In this document: positions 50,433-60,032 of the stretch, piece by piece | Layout: every line of letters begins with the position of its first letter | Numbering within the stretch: the stretch's first letter is position 1 | Assembly: GCA_965238175.1 (NCBI GenBank) | Contig: CBDEGZ010000003.1 | Location: forward strand, 1,376,001-1,440,000 | Source of the DNA: Gammaproteobacteria bacterium | GTDB taxonomy: Bacteria > Pseudomonadota > Gammaproteobacteria > CAJXQU01 | Length of the DNA: 64,000 bases | Direction: 5' to 3' | The notes under the pieces: model-generated | What the model was told of the DNA's origin: nothing | Databases searched by the model: none | The model's input: only the letters and a program-made list of their open reading frames with translations | Position numbers and translations under genes: made by a program

Positions 50433-50708
50433 ATGCCTAAGTATCTTATTGAAAGAGATATACCAGACGCTGGTAGTTTGAAAGCAGAAGAATTAACTGG
50501 AATCTCACAAAAATCTTGTTCAATTTTAAAAGAAATGGGGCCTGAAATTCAGTGGGTTCATAGTTATGTAACAGACAATAAAGTATATTGTGTGTACAAC
50601 GCACCTGATGTAGAAGCAATTCAAACACATGCTGAAAAAGGTGGTTTTCCAGCAAACAGTATTTCTCAGATCAAAACAGTAATTGATCCTACAACTGCTG
50701 AAGGTTAA
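50433..50708 (+). CDS. DUF4242 (SCO4226-like) small protein
   Basis: MPKYLIERDIP, WVHSYV..K.YCVY.AP, HA..GGFPAN.I. Confidence 0.85.
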   Translation: MPKYLIERDIPDAGSLKAEELTGISQKSCSILKEMGPEIQWVHSYVTDNKVYCVYNAPDVEAIQTHAEKGGFPANSISQIKTVIDPTTAEG

Positions 50709-50748
50709 TAGTTTAATTGATGAATTATTTTTAAGATCCTTAACTCTA

Positions 50749-51816
50749 ATGACTGTCCAGAATAATCTTACTGATATGCTCGGTATCGAATCGCCTATCA
50801 TACAAGCGCCAATGATAGGTGGGTTTACTGGTCCAGAAATGGTAGCAATGGTATCGAATTCTGGTGGCCTTGGTTGCTTTGCTGGCGGAAATTTACCGGT
50901 TAATAATTTGATACAACAATGCGAAGAAATCAAGAAGAAAACAAACAAAAATTTTGCTGTGAACTTGTTTGTCGGTAATCCACTCGTAGAAAAAAGTTAC
51001 AAACCGAATGTTTCAGTTCGTAATACTTTACAACCGTATTTTGATGAATTGGAAATTACTGAAGGAATTCAACAAGAGTACAGTTTGCCGACCAGCTCAA
51101 GTCTATCTGATCTGGTAGATGTTATCTTTGATTTAGATATACCAATCGTTTCATTTACTTTTGGTCTACCCTCAAAGGAGGTGATCTTAAAGCTTAAGAA
51201 GAAAAATGTAATAACGATTGCTACAGCAACAACATTACTTGAGGCAAAAATAATTCAAGATGCTGGGTTTGATGCGGTCGTGTTACAGGGTATAGAGGCA
51301 GGTGGGCATAGAGGAAGTTTTCCAGCAACTAAGGTTGCTGATTCTCAAGGATTAATATCTCTAATAGCCCAAGTTAACGCATCTTTAGCAATACCGATTA
51401 TTGCAACAGGCGGTATTATGAATGGATCAATGATATCGGCTTGTATGCAATGTGGTGCTGATGCGGCTCAACTAGGTACAGCTTTTCTTTTTACAGAAGA
51501 AGCAGATCTTGATAATGAATATCTTCAAGCATTAGGAGACTCTAATAATCAAACCTGCCTTACTAAAAGTTTCACTGGTAAGTATGCTCGGGTATTAAAA
51601 AATAGATTCACTGAGGAAATGGAAGGACTAGAAACAGCAAGTTTCCCGTATCAAAATATCCTAACTACGCCTATTCGAAAAAAAGCGACTGAAGTTGGAA
51701 AGGAAGATTTATTGTCTTATTGGGCTGGTCAGTCTGCATCCGTTGGACGTAAAGGTACTGTAAAGTGGCTAATGCAAACCTTAATTGAAGAACTGCATAC
51801 CGCACAAAATAAATAA
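50749..51816 (+). CDS. Nitronate monooxygenase family flavoprotein
   Basis: PIIQAPM, QGIEAGGHRG, IATGGI, QLGTAF, FTGK.AR, WAGQ. Confidence 0.88.
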   Translation: MTVQNNLTDMLGIESPIIQAPMIGGFTGPEMVAMVSNSGGLGCFAGGNLPVNNLIQQCEEIKKKTNKNFAVNLFVGNPLVEKSYKPNVSVRNTLQPYFDELEITEGIQQEYSLPTSSSLSDLVDVIFDLDIPIVSFTFGLPSKEVILKLKKKNVITIATATTLLEAKIIQDAGFDAVVLQGIEAGGHRGSFPATKVADSQGLISLIAQVNASLAIPIIATGGIMNGSMISACMQCGADAAQLGTAFLFTEEADLDNEYLQALGDSNNQTCLTKSFTGKYARVLKNRFTEEMEGLETASFPYQNILTTPIRKKATEVGKEDLLSYWAGQSASVGRKGTVKWLMQTLIEELHTAQNK

Positions 51817-51909
51817 ATCCCAACTTATATTAGTAATTAGTCTCTGAAAGATTAATTGCTAAAGTCTTACCAATTTATTTAAAGTCTCATTATATAAATA
51901 ATTTCAGTT

Positions 51910-53115
51910 ATGGTAGATCTTGTATTACATAAAGCTGAAAAATATATCCAAGAAGATCTGGACTATTATTTTTCGAAGCAAAGGGACATGCATAACCATG
52001 TTCGACCTGGAAATGATCTCTATAGCTTAACCCCGGACTCTGATCATATTAATGTTAGTTTAGATGATGGGAAAATCGGAAATCTGTTTTTTCCATTTAC
52101 ACCTTTTTCATTGGAAAGAATTTATATCGGAATAAGTTTTCCATTATTTGCTAATAATTGGGGTACTTCTTTTTTAAGGTACTTACTAACGCGTATTAAA
52201 CCTTCGGGCTGTATCATAATGCCTGTCTATCCAGAAATGCAGGCAATAGAGAAAAATTATTGGTCTCGAAGTTTATTGGAAAATATTTTCTTAAGTAGAA
52301 CTCGCTGGTTAGGTATTAGTAATATACATGCAGAAAATGATGGTGTTATGTCACTACGAGTAGGCAGGAGGTGGCCACCCAATATCGTAAGTTGTGCTAA
52401 ATATCTTTTTTCACAAAATAGCAATATCTTACTTAGAGAAGAAATGTCTCAACGATTAGGTGAAAATTCTTTACATGATAATTTCTTAAAGTTACATGAT
52501 TCACATTGGAAAAATGTTACTACCAGTGCAGTTACAGAAAAGATTATTCACGATCATTTTGGAATGAAAAAAGAAGTGCAACTTTGTGATATTAGTGATA
52601 ATCACGGCTTATCAGCAATAGAATGTTTATTAAGTTCATATATAAACGTGGGTGGTGCCGTTTGTTATGTCAAAGATATTGATCCGTTATTAGATACAAG
52701 ATCAATTTCTGATCATTTTCATCATAAGGTTAAAGAACGGTTTGTAGTAAAGCCGACTATAGATTCTTCACTCGATGGTTCTGAATTATACGATGTAATC
52801 TGCATTACGAATATTATCAGCACGATGAAGAATTCTAAGCAGAAAAAGATCTTACAAAGATCTTGGCAAAAATTAAGTTCTGGTGGCTTGCTGATTATTT
52901 ATGAAAATACTGACGAACTGAATGACGGTATTAATTCTGATCAACTCGAAGTTATGCTTAGTGGCTTTGGTACGATTAGTTATTACTCGGATGAAGTTAC
53001 ATCCAGATTTATAGAAGGCGAAGAAATTTCACACTATTCTTCCATTATAGAAGAAGAACTTAAGCAGGAAATGGAAGATAAATTTCATGTTTTTCGAGTA
53101 GTTCAAAAACAGTAA
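51910..53115 (+). CDS. Hypothetical protein with SAM-methyltransferase-like segments
   Basis: YDVI....L..GGLLII and IKPSGCII resemble class I MTase motifs II/III; GxGxG not evident. Confidence 0.45.
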   Translation: MVDLVLHKAEKYIQEDLDYYFSKQRDMHNHVRPGNDLYSLTPDSDHINVSLDDGKIGNLFFPFTPFSLERIYIGISFPLFANNWGTSFLRYLLTRIKPSGCIIMPVYPEMQAIEKNYWSRSLLENIFLSRTRWLGISNIHAENDGVMSLRVGRRWPPNIVSCAKYLFSQNSNILLREEMSQRLGENSLHDNFLKLHDSHWKNVTTSAVTEKIIHDHFGMKKEVQLCDISDNHGLSAIECLLSSYINVGGAVCYVKDIDPLLDTRSISDHFHHKVKERFVVKPTIDSSLDGSELYDVICITNIISTMKNSKQKKILQRSWQKLSSGGLLIIYENTDELNDGINSDQLEVMLSGFGTISYYSDEVTSRFIEGEEISHYSSIIEEELKQEMEDKFHVFRVVQKQ

Positions 53116-53137
53116 TTATTCGGAAATATTTTATATC

Positions 53138-54091
53138 TTAAAAATCTGCACTTTCTATTTGTAGAAAAATTAAACTAATATTTTTACCGAGCTCAGTTTC
53201 AAAACCATACCATTCTGAAAATTTATTCATCTTAGTTGCGACTTGATCTTTCATTTCAAAGTCAGATAAATCTTCTTCATAATAATATTTTACAGATTCA
53301 TAGAGTGTGTTTAAGTATTCCATATATAGCGCAACCACAGAAGCATCGCCACTGGGGCCGTGTCCTGGTACATAGTATTTGTTTGAAGTTTTAAGAATAT
53401 TTTCTAGTGCATTAATATTTCCAATAACATCACCTTCATCTAGTCTTGGCAGACGATTCAAAAAAGCATTATCACCTAAGAAGACTGTCTGATATTCAAC
53501 GGCTTCGATCATTATGTCGTTGTGTGTATGACTTTTATCATTATGGTGGATCCGGAAGGTAGTCTCTCCAATAACTATTTCATCACCATTTTCGACAGGG
53601 TGGGTAGGAACTTTGATTTGCGTACCTTTGCTTGCGTCTTTAGTTAACTGTCCCATTAGTGAAAGCCAACTAGTTCCTACGCCATTATTTAGACTTTCTA
53701 TCATTTTAGAATGTGCATAAATGGGTATATTCGGATATGCGTCAATAATGGCATGGTTTCCCAACCAATGATCACCATGCTCATGTGTGTTGAATACCGC
53801 TATTACTGGTAGCTGGCTGACCTGTTTAATATTTTTAAGCACCATCTGACCTATGGCTAAACTACTTCCAGGATCAATAACAACAACACCTTTTCTCACG
53901 ATTACAAAAGCAGGGTTATTGATGAATCCCTGGTTATCCGCATTTGGATCTGCCGTTGGACCATGGATGACATAAACATTTTCTGTAAGTTTTTCAGCAG
54001 TAATATTATTTAAAAATTCATTGTTGGCAAAAACAAGAGAAGGGAATATTACGGTCACAATTTTGATGGCTACTAATATTGTTTTTTTCAT
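53138..54091 (-). CDS. Periplasmic MBL-fold metallohydrolase (SoxH-like)
   Basis: THEHGDHWLGN, GD, VPGHG; divergent from soxC. Confidence 0.8.
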   Translation of the reverse strand: MKKTILVAIKIVTVIFPSLVFANNEFLNNITAEKLTENVYVIHGPTADPNADNQGFINNPAFVIVRKGVVVIDPGSSLAIGQMVLKNIKQVSQLPVIAVFNTHEHGDHWLGNHAIIDAYPNIPIYAHSKMIESLNNGVGTSWLSLMGQLTKDASKGTQIKVPTHPVENGDEIVIGETTFRIHHNDKSHTHNDIMIEAVEYQTVFLGDNAFLNRLPRLDEGDVIGNINALENILKTSNKYYVPGHGPSGDASVVALYMEYLNTLYESVKYYYEEDLSDFEMKDQVATKMNKFSEWYGFETELGKNISLIFLQIESADF

Positions 54092-54125
54092 AGAATTATT
54101 TTACTTAAAACTAACCAATAAGAAT

Positions 54126-54170
54126 TAAGGATATTTACGTATTCACAAATAAATTTCAAAGAGTTAGAAT
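54126..54170 (+). promoter_or_regulatory. Shared regulator site abutting a sigma70-like promoter of soxC
   Basis: TAAGGATATTTACGTA followed by TTCACA-N17-TAGAAT. Confidence 0.75.
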
Positions 54171-54208
54171 TTATTTATATTATATGCATATATCAAAAAA
54201 GAATATAA

Positions 54209-55540
54209 GTGCGAGGTAGGGTGAAGAAAATATCTAAGGATACAGGCGAACTGCTCAAAGAAGTTAAACAAGAAGCAGCACAACTACCTCAGAAGAAAAG
54301 AAGAGATTTTCTTTTGAATGGCGTCAAACTGATTTCTGGTACTGCAGTAGCAGCCAGTGTCGGCAATGTTTTCGCAAACGAAAAATCGCTACCGCCTAAT
54401 GTACCAACATGGACACGATCATTAGGAAGAGGAGTTGTTTCAGTTCCTTATGGGCAACCATCTAAGTTTGAAGATGACGTTGTACGGCGTACGGTCTCCT
54501 GGTTGACTGCAGATCCAATTTCTTCAATAAGTATGACACCTCTTCATGAAATGAAGGGGATTATCACGCCGAGTGGTCTTGTTTTCGAACGATATCATGC
54601 AGGTGTACCTGAAGTTAATCCTGACGAACATAGAATCATTATCCATGGAATGGTTGAAAGACCTATTATTTTAACCATGGAAGAACTGATGGGTTTCCCA
54701 TCGGAATCGGTGATCAATTTTCTTGAATGTCCCGCCAATGGTGGTATGGAATGGCGCGGGACTCAAATGGAAGCGTTACAATTTACACATGGCATGTTGA
54801 GTTGTTGTGAATGGACAGGTGTAAAACTGTCCACACTACTAGGCGAAGTCGGGATCAAAAAAGAGGCAAAATGGGTATTGGCAGAAGGCGCTGATGGCGC
54901 GGCAATGACACGTAGTATTCCTATCGAAAAAGCGCTTGATGACACACTCGTTGTGTATGCACAAAACGGTGAGATGTTAAGACCAGAGCAAGGTTACCCA
55001 GTACGTTTATTTAATCCAGGTTGGGAAGGTAACACCAGTATCAAATGGTTGCGCCGATTAGAAATTGGTGACAAACCATGGTACCAACGAGAAGAAACTT
55101 CTAAGTACACAGATTTAATGCCTGATGGACGAGCTCGAAAGTTTAGCTTTGTTCAAGAAACAAATTCAGTTATCACATCGCCGTGTCCAGAACGTCCTAT
55201 GTTACGTAAAGGTGTGCATGAGCTTGAAGGTATAGCCTGGTCTGGTCGAGGCAAGATAAAAAGGGTGGATGTTTCATTAAATGGTGGTGTTTCCTGGCAA
55301 CCAGCGAGGTTAAAAGGATTGGTCTTATCAAAAGCAATTACTCGATTTAGCTTAGAGATAAATTGGCAGGGTGAACCACTATTACTACAAAGTCGATCAG
55401 TTGATGAAACTGGTTATATTCAACCGACACTAACGCAACTCAGATCAGAGCGTGGTAGTAACTCTATTTACCATAAGAACTCCATTCATACCTGGAAATT
55501 AGATACAGATGGGACGATTAGCAATGTACAGCTTGGTTAA
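54209..55540 (+). CDS. soxC: Sulfane dehydrogenase molybdoprotein SoxC
   Basis: Tat RRDFL, TPL...GIITPSG.VFER.H, FLEC.ANG, RPEQGYP.R. Confidence 0.93.
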   Translation: MRGRVKKISKDTGELLKEVKQEAAQLPQKKRRDFLLNGVKLISGTAVAASVGNVFANEKSLPPNVPTWTRSLGRGVVSVPYGQPSKFEDDVVRRTVSWLTADPISSISMTPLHEMKGIITPSGLVFERYHAGVPEVNPDEHRIIIHGMVERPIILTMEELMGFPSESVINFLECPANGGMEWRGTQMEALQFTHGMLSCCEWTGVKLSTLLGEVGIKKEAKWVLAEGADGAAMTRSIPIEKALDDTLVVYAQNGEMLRPEQGYPVRLFNPGWEGNTSIKWLRRLEIGDKPWYQREETSKYTDLMPDGRARKFSFVQETNSVITSPCPERPMLRKGVHELEGIAWSGRGKIKRVDVSLNGGVSWQPARLKGLVLSKAITRFSLEINWQGEPLLLQSRSVDETGYIQPTLTQLRSERGSNSIYHKNSIHTWKLDTDGTISNVQLG

Positions 55541-56510
55541 AAAAATCAGACTATTAGTCGTTCTTTTTTTAGGAATAGGAGTTTGGGCCTTGATAGGTAC
55601 TACTTCAGCAGTCTATGCAACTGATCCTGGATATTATGGTTTAGGACGTATAGCCACAGACGAGGAGATTGCTGGTTGGAATATAGATGTTCGTCCAGAT
55701 GGACAAGGTTTGCCGCCGGGTAGTGGATCCGTTGAAGATGGCGAAACATTGTATGAAGAAAAATGTTCAGTCTGCCATGGATTGTTTGGAGAAGGCGAAG
55801 GCAGATGGCCAAAACTTGCCGGCGGCTTTGATACATTATCTGAGGATAGACCAGAGAAAACAGTAGGGAGTTATTGGCCTTACGCAAGCACACTGTGGGA
55901 CTACATTCACAGAGCAATGCCTTTCACTCAGCCGCAATCATTGAGTGATGATGAAACATATGCAATCACTGCTTACGTTTTATATTTGAATGAGATTGTT
56001 GAAGAAGAATTTGTACTGACACCAGAGACTTTTAAAGAAATAGAAATGCCAAATAAAGATGGTTTTTTTATTGATCCTCGTCCAGATGTAATTAATTCAG
56101 ATTGCATGGAAAATTGTAAAGATCCAGAGTCGATAAAGGTAACTTCTGCAATTAAAGGTATTACTCCATTACAACACTTAGAGAAAAAAAATGGTGTTAG
56201 TCAAAGTGATAAGGCCTCTGCAGAAGAAAGTTCTGATCCAGAAAAAGAAAATACATCAGAACAAGGTGCCGCCATCTATCAACAGTCTTGTTCAGTTTGT
56301 CATGGACAGGGTGTCGCAGGTGCGCCTGTGACGGGTGAAAAGTCTGAATGGGAAGGCCGAATCGTTAAAGGAATAGACGTGTTAGTAGAGCATGCCATTA
56401 ATGGTTTTACTGGAGATGCGGGCGTAATGCCTGCAAAAGGTGGAAATGTTGGACTTACAGATGAGGAAGTTAAACAAGCCGTTGAAAGTATGGTTGAGCA
56501 GAGTCGTTAA
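55524..56510 (+). CDS. soxD: SoxD di-haem cytochrome c
   Basis: YGLGR.AT..EI..W.IDV.PDG.GLP.G.G, KTVGSYWPYA, two CSVCH. Confidence 0.92.
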   Translation: MYSLVKKIRLLVVLFLGIGVWALIGTTSAVYATDPGYYGLGRIATDEEIAGWNIDVRPDGQGLPPGSGSVEDGETLYEEKCSVCHGLFGEGEGRWPKLAGGFDTLSEDRPEKTVGSYWPYASTLWDYIHRAMPFTQPQSLSDDETYAITAYVLYLNEIVEEEFVLTPETFKEIEMPNKDGFFIDPRPDVINSDCMENCKDPESIKVTSAIKGITPLQHLEKKNGVSQSDKASAEESSDPEKENTSEQGAAIYQQSCSVCHGQGVAGAPVTGEKSEWEGRIVKGIDVLVEHAINGFTGDAGVMPAKGGNVGLTDEEVKQAVESMVEQSR

Positions 56511-56556
56511 AGGTTCGATAGAAATAGAGCATCAAATAAAAATAGAGAGGATGTGG

Positions 56557-56922
56557 ATGTTAAATCTAAAAATGAAGAACTTAACATGGTTAATACCACT
56601 AGTAGTTTTATGTTCATCAAGCCTTCCATCTGCTTTTGCATCAGATGATCAGGTAATAGCACAAGGAAAAGAAATTGCCTTTGATAGAAAAAAAGGCAAC
56701 TGCCTAGCCTGTCATATTATGGATGATGGAGAGTTGGCAGGTGTAGTCGGGCCTCCATTGATTGGGATGCAAGCGAGATACCCTGATAAATCAAAGTTAA
56801 GGGATCAAATTTGGGATGCAACAGTACGCAACCCATTAACGTCAATGCCACCATTTGGCCGACATAGGATGTTGACCGAAGAAGAAATAGATAAAGTCGT
56901 TGAATATATAAATTCTTTATAG
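56557..56922 (+). CDS. soxX: SoxX cytochrome c
   Basis: KGNCLACH, GPPL, MPPFG; start refined to ATG with RBS. Confidence 0.92.
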   Translation: MLNLKMKNLTWLIPLVVLCSSSLPSAFASDDQVIAQGKEIAFDRKKGNCLACHIMDDGELAGVVGPPLIGMQARYPDKSKLRDQIWDATVRNPLTSMPPFGRHRMLTEEEIDKVVEYINSL

Positions 56923-56952
56923 CGATTAGATAGGAAATATTGGAGAAAAATA

Positions 56953-57399
56953 ATGCTTTATAAACGAAGATTACTATTACGTAGTGTCGCTATGCTTAGT
57001 GCTATTGCGCTGATTCCGAAAACTGTTTTTGCTAAATGGTCAGAAGCATTTGACTTGGAAAATACAGATGATGCTTTGATGGGTTTATATGATAGTAAGG
57101 AGCTCGTAGAAAGTGATCAAATCCATTTAAAACTTCCAGAAATTGCCGAAAATGGTGCGGTAGTGCCGGTCAATGTTAAGACAGATTTAACTAATGTTAA
57201 TACGATAAGTATTTTTGCACAGAAAAATCCACAACCACTAGCGGCTTCATTTACTTTGCCTGAAGGAACAGCTGCAGATGTATCTATACGAATTCGTTTG
57301 CTTGAAACGATGAGTGTGATGGCAGTTGTAGAAGCAGATGGCAAGTTATATAGCACGCAGAAAGAAGTCAAAGTTACGATTGGTGGCTGTGGCGGTTAA
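56953..57399 (+). CDS. soxY: Sulfur carrier SoxY
   Basis: Tat-like RR, PEIAENGAVVP, C-terminal VKVTIGGCGG. Confidence 0.96.
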   Translation: MLYKRRLLLRSVAMLSAIALIPKTVFAKWSEAFDLENTDDALMGLYDSKELVESDQIHLKLPEIAENGAVVPVNVKTDLTNVNTISIFAQKNPQPLAASFTLPEGTAADVSIRIRLLETMSVMAVVEADGKLYSTQKEVKVTIGGCGG

Positions 57400-57432
57400 T
57401 AATTTCGATCACGATTTATTGAGGATTTACAG

Positions 57433-57735
57433 ATGAAAGTCAAAGCAAAAATTAAAAAAGAGTTGGTTCTGGTTAAATTATTAGCTAAACACCCAATGGA
57501 AACTGGTTTGCGAAAAGATAAGAAAACGGGTGAAATTATTCCTGCACATTACATACAAGAACTTATTTGCAAGCATCAGGATAAAATAGTTTTTATAGCA
57601 AATTTTGGCCGGGCTGTTTCAAAAAATCCATATGTGTCATTTTCGTTTGCAGGTGGTAAATCGGGTGATCAACTGTCACTGAGTTGGGTTGATAATCTTG
57701 GTGAAACCGAAGCGGTTGATGTGGCAATAAAGTAA
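57433..57735 (+). CDS. soxZ: SoxZ
   Basis: HPMETGLRKD, PAHYI, VSKNPY, WVDN.G. Confidence 0.95.
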   Translation: MKVKAKIKKELVLVKLLAKHPMETGLRKDKKTGEIIPAHYIQELICKHQDKIVFIANFGRAVSKNPYVSFSFAGGKSGDQLSLSWVDNLGETEAVDVAIK

Positions 57736-57769
57736 ATGAAAAATGAGTCCACTAAGGGATCTTAATATC

Positions 57770-58606
57770 ATGAAAAAATTAATATTTTTATGCATAGTGA
57801 TGATCAGTTATGCCTCACTAGTGAATATAGTAAATGCAGAACCGGAATCTGATCTGGAAACAATGCAAAGTTATTTTAAAAACCGTTTTCCAGATGTAGT
57901 GATGGACGATTATATCAATGGCGTCTATGCGTTAGATGAGAACTCAAGATCACAATGGGAATCGATTGAAGAGTTTCCTCCTTATGAAATCGCAGTTGAT
58001 GAAGGTAAAGAATTATTTGAAACGCCATTTGCGAATAATAAAACTTATGCAGATTGTTTTGCGAATGGTGGAATTGGAATAAAACAAAATTACCCTAAGT
58101 TTGATCAAGAAAGTGGACAAGTGATTACTCTGGAACTGGCAATTAACAATTGTCGTGAAGACAATGGTGAGAAACCACTGAAATATGGAAAAGGTGAAAT
58201 CGCACTTCTTTCAGCCTATATGGCTTATACCTCTCGTGATGAGCTAATTAATGTTGAAATTCCAGACGATCCACAGGCACTTGCAGCCTATGAACAAGGT
58301 AAGAAATTCTTTTATTCTCGTCGTGGGCAGCTCAACATGGCATGTTCAACTTGTCATATATCAAATGCTGGAAACTTAATTAGAGCAGATATTTTAAGCC
58401 CAGCATTAGGTCACACGAGTCATTTCCCTGTTTATAGATCTAAATGGGAAGCTTTGGGTACCTTACACCGTCGATATGTGGGTTGTAATAAACAAGTAAG
58501 GGCAAAACCTTTCGCTTTACAAAGTGAGGAGTATAGAAACCTCGAATATTTCCATACCTATATGAGTAATGGTCTAGTTGTAAATGGACCAGGATCAAGG
58601 AAGTAA
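57770..58606 (+). CDS. soxA: SoxA (mono-haem type) L-cysteine S-thiosulfotransferase
   Basis: RRGQLNMACSTCH, FPVYRSKW, GCNKQVRA; first haem site degenerate. Confidence 0.93.
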   Translation: MKKLIFLCIVMISYASLVNIVNAEPESDLETMQSYFKNRFPDVVMDDYINGVYALDENSRSQWESIEEFPPYEIAVDEGKELFETPFANNKTYADCFANGGIGIKQNYPKFDQESGQVITLELAINNCREDNGEKPLKYGKGEIALLSAYMAYTSRDELINVEIPDDPQALAAYEQGKKFFYSRRGQLNMACSTCHISNAGNLIRADILSPALGHTSHFPVYRSKWEALGTLHRRYVGCNKQVRAKPFALQSEEYRNLEYFHTYMSNGLVVNGPGSRK

Positions 58607-58610
58607 GCTA

Positions 58611-59000
58611 ATGAATATAAAATATTTACAAATGTCGATGGTCATTTTTTGTTCAGTATTTTCACTTGTATCTTGTTCAGAGTCTGACGAGAAAGGCGAT
58701 AGCGATTCTATGTCGGAAACAAGTGAGATGAGTAAGGTAGTTGAAGAAAAAATTTCAGAAAGTATCGATATAGATGAGCTTGTTAAACAAACTGAACAGA
58801 CTAGGGAACAAGCGGACAAATTGGGTTTTGAATGGAGTACGACTAAATCCTTAATTGATAAGGCTCATGCTGCAATGAAAGAGAGTAACAGTGAGCTTGC
58901 AGTATCATTGCTTCAAGAAGCAAAAGTACAGTCTGAACTAGCAATTAAACAGGCACATTATGCCAATGAGCATTGGCAGTCATACGTACCAAAAAATTAA
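58611..59000 (+). CDS. SoxK/SoxAX-binding-protein-like lipoprotein
   Basis: Lipobox LVSC, FEWSTT..LI..A...A..Q pattern; directly after soxA. Confidence 0.6.
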   Translation: MNIKYLQMSMVIFCSVFSLVSCSESDEKGDSDSMSETSEMSKVVEEKISESIDIDELVKQTEQTREQADKLGFEWSTTKSLIDKAHAAMKESNSELAVSLLQEAKVQSELAIKQAHYANEHWQSYVPKN

Positions 59001-59038
59001 TCCATAAACAATTACGAATCTAAGAAAGGGAGCGAGAT

Positions 59039-59701
59039 ATGAAGATCAGATTAATAAGTATTTTTTCAGTAATATTAACATTTTCTATGGCAGGAAATGT
59101 TTCAGCGGCTGATGAACCTAAGGTGCATATTACACCAGAACTTGCGCATGTTGAAGTTATGCATAATGGTGAAAAATCTACCATTATGCGAAACCAGAAT
59201 ACGAAGAATACAGTTAAATCAGACTATGCGTTAACATCAAGAGCATGTCCTCCATTCTGTATTCGACCTATTGAATTAGCACCAGGTATAGAAACGTTAG
59301 GTGAGTTAGAAATCATTCATTATATTAAAATGAAGAGTGATGGGGATGATTCAATTTTAGTCATCGATTCAAGAACTCCAGATTGGGTTGCAAAAGGCAC
59401 TATTCCAGGTTCGATCAATATTCCATGGACGCATCTAGATACAGCTAAAGGGGCAAGTCCATTTGATATTGCAGAAATATTACAGGCAAAATTTGGCGTG
59501 GTAGAACAAGAAGGTCTGTGGGATTTTTCTAAAGCCAAAACACTAGTACTTTTTTGCAATGGAATGTGGTGTGGTCAATCACCTAGAAATATTTTGTCGT
59601 TATTGAAGTTTGGTTATCCTGCAGAAAAAATAAAATGGTATCGAGGTGGCATGCAAAATTGGGAAGCATTGGGTTTATCCACTGTTAAACCAGTGTCTTA
59701 A
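59039..59701 (+). CDS. Periplasmic rhodanese-like sulfurtransferase (SoxL-like)
   Basis: CPPFC, IDSR..W...TIPG.INIP, FCNGMWCGQS, YRGGMQ.W. Confidence 0.85.
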   Translation: MKIRLISIFSVILTFSMAGNVSAADEPKVHITPELAHVEVMHNGEKSTIMRNQNTKNTVKSDYALTSRACPPFCIRPIELAPGIETLGELEIIHYIKMKSDGDDSILVIDSRTPDWVAKGTIPGSINIPWTHLDTAKGASPFDIAEILQAKFGVVEQEGLWDFSKAKTLVLFCNGMWCGQSPRNILSLLKFGYPAEKIKWYRGGMQNWEALGLSTVKPVS

Positions 59702-59716
59702 ATTAAGCGACATCTT

Positions 59717-59925
59717 TATACCTGCGATATTTGGAAATGCGTATTTTAGACGACTCCAGGGATAGAGTCGGTAGAGCGATGCAGGAAGCCAGAGCGGAGT
59801 GTATCCCTTTTTCTTCAGGGCAAGGCGTGACGATGTGCATGGCCGCCCCCTGCAAAGAGGAGCAACACTGCCATGGATGAAAAGGAACCTGCTATAAATA
59901 GGCATTTCCAAATATCACGGGTATA
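59717..59925. mobile_element. MITE/ERIC-like element with 24-bp terminal inverted repeats
   Basis: TATACCTGCGATATTTGGAAATGC ... GCATTTCCAAATATCACGGGTATA (22/24), TA ends, GC-rich interior. Confidence 0.7.
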
Positions 59926-59949
59926 TATAGTAAAAATTTACTGTTCTTC

Positions 59950-60003
59950 CCACTGCTCGAATGACTTCACACCTACCCATTCTTGTGAGCAGTGGGCTTT
60001 TTT
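59950..60003 (+). terminator. Terminator-like hairpin upstream of soxB
   Basis: CCCACTGCTC ... GAGCAGTGGG followed by CTTTTTT. Confidence 0.5.
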
Positions 60004-60032
60004 ATCTTTTTATAACCACTATGTTGTCCAAT

